This document shows positions 1 to 12,293 of a stretch of 64,000 nt of DNA, in pieces. This DNA is from Antedon mediterranea (lineage: Eukaryota > Animalia > Echinodermata). The stretch covers positions 11,036,001-11,100,000 of the forward strand of contig NC_092672.1 in NCBI RefSeq assembly GCF_964355755.1, in the 5' to 3' direction. The notes under the pieces are model-generated. The model made no database searches. It saw only the letters and a program-made list of their open reading frames with translations, and was not told the origin of the DNA. A program made the position numbers and the translations under genes. Each line of letters begins with the position of its first letter. Within the stretch, counting starts at the first letter, position 1.

Positions 1-225
1 ATAGGTAAGCGAATGATTTCTGACGTTTTAACCATTTGATAGTAGTCCCTGTGCATACAGATTCAGTAATGTGGCGACATTTTTTCCGTAGATGATGCAA
101 ATCAAATTTAAGTCTTGATCATGATTGAAAACCACGGATCAGAAATGACAGACATCTGAACACATGACATGTTTAAGCCTATTTAAAAACTGTGCATTTA
201 TATGATAACACATGCTTTTTTGTAG

Positions 226-433
226 ATACTACGAGGGAGGACTGCATATGGGACTGCCAGCCGAAGATGGTAAACCATGTCATCTCCTTCAAGACACCGA
301 AGCAATAATGTTAAAGAGCCACTATGCGACGATGGGGTCAGGTCAGCCGACATGGGCGACGAACCAGTGCGGATTACTTGGTTCAGAAATGTTTGGAGTG
401 ATAAGTTCAAAAGTAGCAATATGGGTGCGATAA
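226..433 (+). CDS. Probable terminal coding exon of an unidentified gene entering from the left edge
   Basis: The window opens with a donor (AG|GTAAGC, GT at 5-6). An acceptor TTTTTGTAG ends at 225. The phase-2 join gives R-YYEGGLHMGLP...SSKVAIWVR-stop (ORF 212..433), with AATAAA at ~446. Product not recognised. Confidence 0.5.
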
Positions 434-514
434 GATGCGACTTAAATAAATTACATAATGTTTACACATTAACGCCTACCACACCACAACACTGTGCTTC
501 ACATTGGAGAGTAA

Positions 515-2021
515 AACTTGGTTCCCACCTCGACGCAACGCAAGTGAATTGACCAATCATAATCGACAGTTCGGATGATCCATCACGTCTCGTGGTGGTC
601 AAATTAAGGCCAACTCATCGTTGGACGAGGCCCGACGAAACGTCTTGACTCGTCGATGCTGTCGGACTTGAATTTTTTTTGAAAGTTTGTTTACGCCTGA
701 AATTTTAATACATGTTTAATTCTGTCCCGATGAGAGGATTCGTCGGGCCTCTTCGTGTGACGCTGTCTGAGTTGGTCTTTACTTGCGTTGCGCTTACGTA
801 CGTGGAAACCAAGCTTTAGGGCCAAGTGCATACCAGGCTGCTTAGTGCATACCAGACTGCTTAGTGCATACCAGGCTGATAGCATCAAGCGCTATGTGTG
901 TACAAAATGCAGACATTCAACGCGTTGAGCATCAAGTGAGAAAGTATATTACTTTGAGTGCGTTAGCTCAAAATAACTGTGCACATTACAGCAAACTCGT
1001 TATCTTTGACGCTGTCATTGTCAGATTTGAATTAATTTAGCAATTTACTCGTCGCGACGTTTTTTTTTTTGCCTTGTTGAAAAGTTAAAAATGTCGTAAA
1101 AAAACTCAAGAATTACATTTCATTAAATGGTAAAGAATAATTGACATTTTTGTTTTAATCATGTTCTATGTGCATGGCAAGGAAATTTCTAAAGCGTGGT
1201 TCCCTCTAGATAGGACGCAACGTAACGACGTATTGACGCACTAGAACGCAACGCAGCGACGTATTGACGCAAAGTGCCGTATTGCGTAATCACAAGTGAG
1301 AACCGACGACGCAATAGTCCTGCAAACATCGAAGGTTTGATTTCACGCAGGCGGGGTCAAATATAATTATCAGAAGGGCATTTGCTTATGTTGCCTAGAT
1401 TGCGTCGCTAGTGGGATCCAAGCTTTAAGAAGTCAACATTATAATTTGTGCCCGCAGTCCGATAATGACCAGCACAGTAATATATCTACAAAGACCAACC
1501 TCGCCCCGCTCCTCCCACATACACGCAACAACACTTCAGACAATCTACAGGACAACTACCCAACCAAACCCAAGGCTATCTAGTTGTCGTGCGAAACCTA
1601 AAGCGTAATCACAAGTGGGAACCGACGACACAACAATGCTGCAAACATCGCAGGTTTGATTTCACGCAGGCGGAGAAAAACACGATTATTGGAAGGGCAT
1701 TTTCTTACGTTGCGTAGGTTGCGTCGCTAGTGAGAACCAAGCTTAACTATTAAATCTAAACATCAAACCAAGCGAGCGGGTAGATGCCAGGGATAATATT
1801 CATTCCAAGTATATTTGTATTTGTCCGCTTAATTATATTTAAAGCTTGGTTCCCACTAGAATGTAACGCAAGGACGTAAACGCAACGCAAGCGTTTTAAC
1901 CAATGACAAGCGAAGTTATAAACAGTTAGCAATCACAAGCGAATAAGCCATCGCTTGTGATTGGTCAATTCACTTGCGTTGCGTTACGTCCTTGTGTTGC
2001 GTCACTAGTGGGAACCACGCT
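515..2021. mobile_element. Cluster of four MITEs (family A; TIR AGCTTGGTTCCCAC), PIF/Harbinger-like
   Basis: Copies at ~515-815, 1193-1424, 1602-1743 (partial) and 1843-2021. They share TIRs agcttggttcccac...gtgggaaccaagct with subterminal ACGCAACGCA repeats and TAA/TTA flanks. A fifth copy lies at ~34273-34411. Confidence 0.75.
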
Positions 2022-2629
2022 TAATTTACTTAAGTACCGTACGCACATCAAAGACAAATGCCGAAGCAATGCAACATTATACACAATGTAACAATACATA
2101 ATTTATTTCTCGTACTTCGTACGTCAATCCTCTAATGAATATCAGTTTATACCCGAAAGAAATGAAACAAATAATAATAAAACAAAATTAAAACTACGGA
2201 AGCTTAATAAGAACTAAAAGGAACGTTTAAGCTTCCGTACAAAATAGTGACATTGCAGATGTTGTCTTTTTAAAGAAAATAGTATTTACAATTTACACAA
2301 CTTCTAAACAAGATACATTATAAGGCATTATTAAGATAATACATTCAAAATAAAATGTATATATTAATGTTAGTAACTGGTTAATTGAATGTGCAGTATG
2401 GATGGTGTGGAGGAAATACAGACTTGCACAACATAATTTTAACAAATCACTAAAACCGTGGTCTTCACCGGGTTTGCAGAATCAGTATTTAGTTTTTTAT
2501 ATTAACAATTTTATGAGAAGAAAAATATCCTATATCAACAACGATGACAATGTTTTCACTGCACGAATGAAGCTAAACAGTCATAATGATTATGTGTGGG
2601 ATAGACAGAATTGATAATAAATAATTATT

Positions 2630-4669
2630 GCTCTGTCCACACTATAAAACTAGTGTCAAAAAAGTGTGATGCGCCCAAATATGGTAGTGATATACCCAAA
2701 GATGGCAGTGATATGACATCATCATGTCCATAAATAGGCACATAACATTTTGTCACAAAGTTTGATAGTGTAGACAGAGCTTTAGGTCATGCAGTGGTAT
2801 ATAAGTGTCAACTGACAAGAATCTAATTATCTGTTATCGTTAAATAAAAATATTATTTTCTTGATGTGAAGCGAAGTAACCAAAAAGGTTGAGAGATTTA
2901 CAAAAAATTGAAGTGGCTTTTTAATTAAATAAATTATATAATTACCAGAAAAAGGAAAAACTATAATTTTAATACGTGGTAAGCTCTGTCTACACTATCA
3001 AGCTGTATGTGTAAAAAAAAGTGATGTGCCTATATGTACGTACACGATGACGTCATATCACTACCATATTTGGGCACATCACACTTTTGTTTTGTCAAAC
3101 TAGTTTGTTAGTGAATACATATAGTTTTACTGTACAAACACAGATTAAAAGTTAATATTATGCTTGTTAACATTTTTTATTTAAACTTATTTAAAAGAAA
3201 AACAATAATATTATATGGACTGGAGGTAGTAGTCCAAAATGAAAAAAAATAATATTTATTTACATTTTTTCAAATGAATGTTAAAGTTAAAAACTGGACA
3301 GGAAATATGAATAATACTTTAATAATACTGTAATATATAGTAACTAAAATGAAACAAAATAGATAATAATCAAATTCCAATATCAAATTAAATATTTGGT
3401 AAAATTACTATGGTTAAAAAAAGATAAAATAGACATGGATAAACATCTTTCAGAATTGGAAAAAATCCTGTTTCCTTATAAATTACAATTATTTAACATT
3501 ATTGCTTAAAACAAACTTTAAAGTTCACATTTAATTAACTTACATAATATAAACAAATTTCTTATTTAAAACCAAAAGGAAATATGTATGTATATTTATA
3601 CATTTTAATTTTTACTAGAAAAATAATTATTTTATAGGGCCAAACTAGTTTTGAAAGCATGTCACAGTGTTTGCATATCAACCCAAGAATTAAGATGTTT
3701 TGTCCAACTATTCCATTTAAATTTCCTGAAGATGTATTGTAATTGTATATTTCCTAAATATGAACATTTTTTAAAAAATATACAGTATTACCATAAATAT
3801 ACAGTAAAACAAAATAAAGTATAATAAATTAAATTATTATTAAATTACAAATTATTTGGGAGAAATTAAACCACAATTCATATCTTCATAGTCATGCTAC
3901 AATCAACAAATTGATTATTACAAACTAAGAGGCCTGCTAGAAGGCCAACTTTTAAATAGCATATTGGTGTATTTATAAAGTAATACATATTAGGGTTAGA
4001 AATTAATGTTCGAAAAAAAAAAATAGGGCCTACTCAATATTTATCAGGATAATTTTCTTGTAATTTTTCAATTTAATATGGTAATAATTTAACATACATT
4101 TATCTTATAGTACATAAACACTAATAAAAGTACACACTTGCATTTATGATGCAAAAAAAATGTCACAGTTTATACTAATCTGGTTCTTAATTAGAGACTA
4201 CATATGTCATTAAGTCCTTAAAATTGTTCTATTTGGAGGATCAGTATTTAGTATATTTTGGCACTACTTTAAATCAATGTATGTAGATTTTCTGTTGACA
4301 GTGTAATTATACACGTGTGAATGTGTATTTATAACTATATATACCATGATTACCTTTCTTTAGTTTCAATTCAAGATACGTACATTTAAATGAAGCACTA
4401 AATAACAAAATAAACAAAAGTAAAGAAAAGTTGTAATATTCATAAAACAATAACATAATTTTAAAAATGTAAATTCTATACAATGGCACTTGATACAGTA
4501 AAGCTCTGTCTACACTATCAAACTAGTTTCGACAAAAAAAGTGTGATGTTCCCAAATATGATAGTAATATAGGCCCTACCCAAATATGGTAGTGATATGA
4601 CATCATCATGTCCATATAATTGGCACATCACATTTTCTGTCACATAAAGTTTGATAGTGCAGACAGATC
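2630..4669. mobile_element. Three ~150-170 bp MITEs (family B; TIR AGCTCTGTCTACACTATCAAAC)
   Basis: Palindromic copies at ~2630-2781, 2982-3123 and 4502-4669, plus a degraded copy at ~22601-22721. Confidence 0.75.
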
Positions 4670-5474
4670 TATAGAGACATGCACTGAACTCAAAATCTCA
4701 TCACATTTTGTAGTAATTAATCAGAGATTTAGTTGAAGTATGCAAACCTGAGATTCACTTCCTGATGTAATTAACATTTTTATTTACACTTACAGTACAG
4801 TATATGTATGCACATTTACACCAGCGGTGTATAAGTTGTTGACGTACTAGTCAATTTCTTTTCACTGATAATATTCCAAAAGAACAATTTGTAAACTAAA
4901 TTCCATAATTTCATCAAATTCTATTTAATAAAATATATATAGTATTATAGTAATGTAAATTAAAATTATTTACTAAAATAACTTTAACCTTTAAATTCTT
5001 TAACTCATGCAAAATTTATATTTATTAAAATTATATTACATAATTAACCATAGTTTAATATGTCATATTGCCTATACTTATTTTGTAGAACATTATCACC
5101 GAGAAATTGATTAACTAATAAATTTGTATTTCCTATATTAATATAAATGTATGTTTTATGGTTTTTACAAATAAATATAGTTTAATAGAAAAGATGTTTA
5201 TTAGTAACCATAATTAGGCCACAATTTTAAGAAATCAAGCTTATCAGGCACAGGTATAAATTTGCATTCTTTGCAACATAAAAATAAGTAATAATTCTCA
5301 CATTTCTATATTTATAAATTGATATTTTCAAACACATGTGAGCATGTGCGAGTAGAGACAACACCTAACTTTTACACGCAGGGAAAAAGATCTTAAATTC
5401 AGACTAAAGGTAATATATAGCCAACAAACTCTACTATTTTTAAAAGTTGTATACACTAACTAAAAGAAGACTGC

Positions 5475-6296
5475 ATGATGGCGACTAATAGGCCTACTAG
5501 GGCAAATACTAAATCAATTGACTTAACAAGAAAAGCTAGACCCTCCGAAAGTCTAGAAGCAGATGATCCAATCGAAGCCTCCGGCGATCGACAGGGGGAA
5601 ACTCAAACGCTCGCCGATCAACTAGGTAGGCTATCAGAACAACTTAATGGTAAACTAGATAAAGTCCTAGAAAATCAAAAAAACTACAACAAAAGGCTTA
5701 CCAAACTGGAAACAACTGTCAAAGATCTAGAAAAAAGTGTGGAATATGCGCATGATTCAACTAACAAAACGAAGGAAGAAATAAAAAAAATTGGAAATGA
5801 AATCAAGAAAATGGAGGAGTATGAAAACAAAATGGCGGCTTATCAGGATAAAATGGCGGACATGGAAAATTCAATCCTAAAACAAGAAAGATACAGTAGG
5901 AGTTTTAATCTAAGGTTTGGAGGAGTTATAGAAAATGCTACAGAAAACACCCAGGACTTATTGCAAAAAGTACTACGCGAAGAACTCGGACTCAAGGACA
6001 TCGAAATTGAAAATTGCCATCGCACCGGGAAACGCCGTTTAGATAACAAACCGAGGCATATAATAGCTAAATTTCTGTACCGTCCACAAAGAAACCAAGT
6101 CCTAAAACTAGGAAAAGTAAAATTAAAAAGTAAATCACAAAACGTATTTATTACTGAAGATTTACCTGACGCGGACATGAAGAAAAAGAGAGAATTATCT
6201 ACAATTATGGCGCAGGCATATGCCGAAAAACGTAAGCCCGTATTCAGAAATGGACAACTGTTTATCGACGGTAAGCCATACAAGCCACTAAAATAA
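5475..6296 (+). CDS. LINE ORF1 protein (coiled coil + RRM-like + C-terminal domain)
   Basis: 273-aa intact ORF. Heptad-rich N-half followed by ERYSRSFNLRFGGV, IENCHRTG, PRHIIAKF, VFITEDL and GQLFIDG motifs typical of L1/Transposase_22-like ORF1 proteins. Confidence 0.88.
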   Translation: MMATNRPTRANTKSIDLTRKARPSESLEADDPIEASGDRQGETQTLADQLGRLSEQLNGKLDKVLENQKNYNKRLTKLETTVKDLEKSVEYAHDSTNKTKEEIKKIGNEIKKMEEYENKMAAYQDKMADMENSILKQERYSRSFNLRFGGVIENATENTQDLLQKVLREELGLKDIEIENCHRTGKRRLDNKPRHIIAKFLYRPQRNQVLKLGKVKLKSKSQNVFITEDLPDADMKKKRELSTIMAQAYAEKRKPVFRNGQLFIDGKPYKPLK

Positions 6297-7187
6297 CTAT
6301 AATTAAGTCATTAAGCCAAATTATTTAATGTTCAATTGAACACAATTAATTAATGTTTATGAATTATATTTCATACCTACATTACCGCAGAGTCTATCAT
6401 TGTCTTGTAGAACGTAGACTAATTATGTGATTGTAGTAGTATTTCTACCGTTATAAATTGTAAATAAACGAAGTTTGTTTGTTTATGTCGCGCACCTGGC
6501 TGTTAGTGTTATGTTCTGGATATCTCTGTCCATTCAAACTTTAATTCATGTGACCCACGGCAGGTGTGCGACGATAGTGTTACATAATGAGAAATACCAA
6601 CAACAATTAAGTGGCTGTTGACGATGTAAGTTTCAACGTAGTTGTTTACCGGTAATTCATCGATGAGTTACTGGGTTGATCAAACTCGTAAACGTTAAAC
6701 ACATCGTTTTAATGAAACACAACACAACTAAATGTATTTAAGTTATACTATCCGTACTTTACTAGTGATGTATAATGACAAATTATAACAACATTAAGTG
6801 GCTGATGTGATTAATAAGTGAGCGCCGTTATTGAGACATCATGTTCTAGACCGTTTCAACGTAGCTGTTTACCGGCGATGTTTGACTTACCAGTGAGTAA
6901 CGATAACTTGCCATAATAATACATTCTGGACATCGGTGAGTTAGATTGATCAACATCTTTTAAGTTAACCAAATATTTAATTGGCGTCCATGATCATCAT
7001 TATTGTTTCACTGCCTGTCGTTTAGTTGTTGTTGGTATGTCATGATAAAACAATTCATATTACATTGTATATATTGTAATTTATTGTACATACTTGTTAA
7101 CTTAGGCTATATAGTGTTAACTATTCTCTGCTGTAAGCAGCTTGCTCAATTTTATTCATTTGTCATTTCCTTTTCTGTCTAATTTAA

Positions 7188-10154
7188 ATGTTTGAATGTG
7201 ACCTTTTTGATAATGTAAATGTGAGCACAGAATATTTTAACGAAGATAACTTAATTTCTTCACTTGAACATTCTAATTTATCATCAAACTTTTCTATATT
7301 TGGACTAAACTGTCGTAGTGTTGTTAATAAGTTTGACTTAATCTCAAACTATTTAGACTCACTCGTACATGCCTTCTCCGTCATTGCCTTCAGTGAAACC
7401 TGGTTAACCGAAAAAGATAATATTAATCTATACCAGTTACCAGGCTACAGTTTGATTCACAATGATAGGAAAGATAAGAGAGGTGGTGGGGTAGCGTTCT
7501 ATGTTACCAACAAACTAACATATATTATTAGAAATGATCTGTCATCTTGTATGACTGAAGCAGAGACTATTTTTATTGAGATTGAGTTAGAATCAAGAAA
7601 TAATGTTATTTGTGGTATAGTTTATAGACCACCCTCACGTTCCTTGCAAAAGTTTGATGATGAATTAACATGTGTAATGCAAATGATTAATCTAGAAAAA
7701 AAGAAAGCTTACCTTGTGGGAGACTATAACATAAACTTACTCCAACAATCTACCGACAACACTATCCAATCACACTTAGACACAATATTTTCTCAGTCAT
7801 TTCAGCCAATCATAAAAAGTCCTACTAGAATATCCGATAATTGTGCTTCAATAATTGATAACATTTATTGCAACATCGATTCTTTTACTACGTCCCTTAA
7901 AAGTGGAATACTTATTACTGATATTTCTGATCACTTCCCAATATTCTGTGTAGATACTTTGGAAAAACATAATAAGCAATATCCTCGATTTGTATATAAA
8001 CGACAATACTCTCCTCAACAAACGGAGTATTTTTTGCAAGAATTACAAAGTAATCAGTGGAATGATGTGCTATTCTCAAATAATGCGAATGTTGCTTATC
8101 AAAATTTTACAAACACTTTAAATAAAACAATTGATAATTGTTTCCCTTTAAAACGAATTAGAAATAAGGCGAACAAGTTAAAATCTCCTTGGATCACAGC
8201 TGAAATTGCCAGAGCTATCTCTCAAAAACATAAATTATATAAAAAGTACAAACAAAATAACACCACTACTAATAAAAGTACGTACATACATTTTAGAAAC
8301 AAGTTAACCACTACTATTAGAAATCGGAAAAAAGAATATTATATGGTCCAGTTTGAACGAAATAAACAAGATATTAAAAAAACGTGGACAATCCTAAATG
8401 ATATAATGGGTAGGAAAAAGACTACCAATTTGCCTACAAAAATAAAATTGGGTACTGAGACTTTCTCTCATAATGATGAGAAAGCTGATGCATTCAACTC
8501 TTTTTTTATTAATATTGGAGAAAAACTAAATAATAAATTTAGGCATGAATCTCAAAATGAAGAAATCACCCACAGAACTTTCTTAAAGGGAAATTTTACC
8601 TCTTCAATGTTTTTTAAGCCTGTTACTGAACATGAACTTAACCACTATATTAAAAACACAAAGAATACTTCTCCTGGCCATGATGGTATAAGTGCCCAAC
8701 TCATAAAATCTGCTTCCCCGTTTATTTTAAAACCTTTATTGCATATTATTAATACGTCATTATCATCGGGCTGTGTCCCGGCTGATATAAAAATTGCTAA
8801 AGTTATCCCGGTATTTAAGAATGGTGACATCTCCGATATAAATAATTATCGGCCTATTTCCATTTTACCTTTTTTTTCCAAAATATTTGAGAGGATTGTG
8901 TATGATCAAACGATTTGTTACCTCTCAAAATATAACGTACTGAGTAAAACACAGTATGGATTTAGACAACACCATTCAACTAGTCATGCTTTAATACAAT
9001 CGATTGAAAAAATCACAAACGCTATTGAGAATAAAGAGTTCACACTAGGAGTTTTCCTTGATTTATCAAAAGCGTTTGATACAATCGATCATGATGTATT
9101 ATTAGATAAGTTAAGATTTTATGGTATAAGAGGAGTTCCGCTAAACTGGTTCTCAAACTATCTTAAAAAAAGACTACAATACACATTTATTGTTAATACT
9201 GCATCTAGTAAAATGACAGTAAACACTGGAGTTCCTCAGGGATCCATATTGGGTCCATTATTATTTCTTATATTCATTAATGATATTAGTCTAGCATGTA
9301 ACCATGTAGACATGATTATGTATGCAGATGACACAAATGTGTTTTATAGTCACAATGATATTACTCAAGCTTTTGATACAATGAACCAGGAGTTATCTAT
9401 ACTTTCGGACTGGTTTATTGCTAACAAATTAACGCTAAATGTAAACAAATCAAAATATGTTATATTTAAGGCTAGAAATAAGTCAGCTGACACTACCTCA
9501 CTAGAATTGAGGATGGGAAATGAATGTATAGTAAAAGCTACTGAAGTTAAATTTCTAGGCTTATTTCTGGATGAAACTTTATCGTTTAATTTTCATGTAA
9601 ATGAGGTAGCAAACAGTATTTCTAGAATAATTGGTGTCTTAAACAAAGTGAAGTCTATGTTATCAAGTAAAATCTTGTTAACGGTATACAATGCACTTAT
9701 ATTACCTAGAATAACGTATGCTATCACAGTATGGGGTGCTACTTCTGCTACAAACTTAAACCGTATACATATTCTCCAGAAAAAAGCACTTAGAAATATT
9801 TGTCATGTTCATTTTATGCATCCTTCTCATCCACTTTTTATTTCAACCCAAACATTAAATATTTTTGACCTTTATACGAAACACACTGCTATATTTATGT
9901 ATCAATATAAACATAATCTATTACCTGAATCATTTAATAACTTATTTAGTACATCTGCCTCATTCCATAATTACTCAACTAGAAACAGGTCAAACTACTG
10001 TCCACAACTAAAACGCACCAAAGTCGGACAGCAATGTATTTCCTACCAAGGAACACATATTTGGAACAATTTAACAGACTATATAAAACAATCCCCCACT
10101 TTAAGTTTGTTTAAACAGAGATTAAAGCAATATTATAACAATAGAAATATTTAA
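7188..10154 (+). CDS. LINE ORF2: apurinic-like endonuclease + reverse transcriptase
   Basis: 988-aa intact ORF. APE motifs: NCRS, FSETWL, VYRPP, GDYNINLL, IDNIY, SDHFPI. RT motifs: NYRPISIL, QYGFR, FLDLSKAFDTIDH, GVPQGSILGPLLF, YADD, FLGL. Confidence 0.95.
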   Translation: MFECDLFDNVNVSTEYFNEDNLISSLEHSNLSSNFSIFGLNCRSVVNKFDLISNYLDSLVHAFSVIAFSETWLTEKDNINLYQLPGYSLIHNDRKDKRGGGVAFYVTNKLTYIIRNDLSSCMTEAETIFIEIELESRNNVICGIVYRPPSRSLQKFDDELTCVMQMINLEKKKAYLVGDYNINLLQQSTDNTIQSHLDTIFSQSFQPIIKSPTRISDNCASIIDNIYCNIDSFTTSLKSGILITDISDHFPIFCVDTLEKHNKQYPRFVYKRQYSPQQTEYFLQELQSNQWNDVLFSNNANVAYQNFTNTLNKTIDNCFPLKRIRNKANKLKSPWITAEIARAISQKHKLYKKYKQNNTTTNKSTYIHFRNKLTTTIRNRKKEYYMVQFERNKQDIKKTWTILNDIMGRKKTTNLPTKIKLGTETFSHNDEKADAFNSFFINIGEKLNNKFRHESQNEEITHRTFLKGNFTSSMFFKPVTEHELNHYIKNTKNTSPGHDGISAQLIKSASPFILKPLLHIINTSLSSGCVPADIKIAKVIPVFKNGDISDINNYRPISILPFFSKIFERIVYDQTICYLSKYNVLSKTQYGFRQHHSTSHALIQSIEKITNAIENKEFTLGVFLDLSKAFDTIDHDVLLDKLRFYGIRGVPLNWFSNYLKKRLQYTFIVNTASSKMTVNTGVPQGSILGPLLFLIFINDISLACNHVDMIMYADDTNVFYSHNDITQAFDTMNQELSILSDWFIANKLTLNVNKSKYVIFKARNKSADTTSLELRMGNECIVKATEVKFLGLFLDETLSFNFHVNEVANSISRIIGVLNKVKSMLSSKILLTVYNALILPRITYAITVWGATSATNLNRIHILQKKALRNICHVHFMHPSHPLFISTQTLNIFDLYTKHTAIFMYQYKHNLLPESFNNLFSTSASFHNYSTRNRSNYCPQLKRTKVGQQCISYQGTHIWNNLTDYIKQSPTLSLFKQRLKQYYNNRNI

Positions 10155-11970
10155 GTTAAGTAAATCACATTATGTTATTTTGGTTTGTTCTTTTTGTTTG
10201 TACTAATTGTTTGATCTTTTTGTTAGGGTTACATGCTTAAAGCACTTGTGCTTATTTTGTATCCCATTCCATTATCTTATTATTTGTATTGTATTTGTAT
10301 ATGTTTTTATTTTGATTATGGAATAAAAATGTCGATGAATTGAAATTGAATTGAAACATTTGAAAGAACTTTCCCTATTTGTTGACAATGACATGAGTAT
10401 ATCATATGGAAACAAATGCTTATCAACCAAGTCTCATTTGACACTAGGTCGGATCAGGACTCCAGACTTTTGGGATTGGAAGGCAAGTTAACCACCAAGT
10501 TCCACTACCCTATAGCTCCACTAAATTTGAATTTTCATGGCAGTCTGAATTACTGTTATTGTTAAAAAACCTTTTAATTAACGTTTTCTAGGATTTAAAC
10601 CTATAAATGTCATATTTTTAATCAACCATGATTCAAATAATCAACTTTAACATAAAATACATATTTTCTTATATTATCAAACTGCATACAATCTCACTCT
10701 ATTTCACAAGCCAAGTTTTACATAACTATATATTCTGAGCCTGTTATCTTTGGAGTTCTTTATTAATAATCATCTCTCAGCACCCATTCATCTATAACAG
10801 AAGATGTGGCAATTTTGAAAGATTTTTAACTAATGTTTTAAGAAATATGATATGTTAATGCTATAAATCATTAAACACCCACTCCAGAACTTCCTTAAAT
10901 ATAAATAAAACGTCCACATAGCTCAATATACACATACATACTCTCTGGCAAATTTCAGCAGCTATTATTAATTTACTAAGACTTCTTCACTTACTAATAT
11001 CTAAAATGTAGTATTTTAGCTCACCGCTGAAGCATACAGTACCACATTTAATATTAACCATACTTTAAAACAATTTAACAGATGCAATTTTTCCTCCTGC
11101 AATCATTTGTTTTTAGGAACTGTAACATCTTTTCACTAAATGTGCCCACATAATTAACTTAAGATTTTCTTCATTTACATGATAATTCCCCCAAACCTAA
11201 GCCAATAGTACATGAACTCAAAATCAACTGTTTTGCAACTTTGTTTTCCTAAATATCACATATCATAAGATCACTTTGAAAAATATTATGGAAAATTGAA
11301 GAATTAAATTGTTTGTATCGATGGTGATGGGAAGGTACTAATGGTCCATTTTGGCTACTAAAACTAGTTATGGGTAAAGTAACCTTGGTATATGAATATA
11401 ACAGCAGCACAAAAAAAGGAAAAAAAATCTACGTCAAAAAATAACATGGCAAATTCAGGTCAGACAGGTATCTACAGGTATCTGGGCAGTAACAAATAAT
11501 AACCAAGGATCGACCAGTAAATATTGGTCCATTGGCTAGTAAAAATAGTCCTGAATAAATAACAATGGACTATGCATACTACTAGCCCTGCCGCCTAATA
11601 TCAGATTGAATACTTAGCACCACTAAATGGTAAATAAATACAGTATTCTTACTAATAATCTCATCTTTGCTGGAAGACTTCATAACAATTGAATTACATA
11701 ATTTCATACAAATATACTCAATGAAAAGTGATATGTTGGTAACACAAATTGTCCAATACAATAGATATGAACATAACAATATTGCATTTGATAGTTAAAA
11801 CTTAACATCTAATACTATAAAAATAAAAACAAAATAGGTAAAGAATGATATTAAAATGCTTGCTCACTGATTTCGTTTTTACAAGCATAAGAACTTACAA
11901 TGACATTATGTAAAATGAGAAAACGTGAAAGTGTAAACTTGAATGTACAAAATATATACTATTTCTCTAA

Positions 11971-12219
11971 AGGTCAATTTACACAGACAAGCAGTAACAG
12001 TAAACGGACAAACGCGTAGCTTGTCCCAGATAGGATCTGTATCTATCCTAAATGGGTTTCCACTCAAACACGTAGCTTGTCCCAGATATGATCTGTATCT
12101 ATCCTGAATGGGTTTCCACTCAACCTCGTTTTGTGTAAATGATTACAGTATAAGAAATAACATAGGTTCTATATTTTTGTTTTCCGCTTACCGTTACCGT
12201 CATCTGTGTAAATTGGCCT
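11971..12219. mobile_element. MITE family C (TIR AGGCCAATTTACACAGA)
   Basis: Terminal inverted repeats aggtcaatttacacaga / tctgtgtaaattggcct with an internal ~55-bp tandem duplication. Other copies at 13126-13317 and 39036-39238. Confidence 0.75.
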
Positions 12220-12293
12220 TCACAAGTTGCAGATGTTTTTGGTCGTAGTTCATCGAGCATAACACGCCTACTGAAGAGGATGATTGACATTTC

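Larger units (their letters stand above)
5335..10356 (+). mobile_element. Full-length non-LTR retrotransposon (LINE, CR1/L2 group, e.g. Crack/Daphne-like)
   Basis: Short 5' UTR, ORF1, ~890-nt spacer, APE-RT ORF2, then a 3' UTR with AATAAA (10322) and a (TTGAA)n-type tail to ~10356. Possible 5-bp AAACA target duplication (5330-5334 / 10354-10358). The 5' boundary is approximate. Confidence 0.9.

Noticed and set aside
825-880. Three ~19-bp direct repeats (AGTGCATACCAG)
   Set aside because: Short local slippage duplication next to a MITE, with no further structure.
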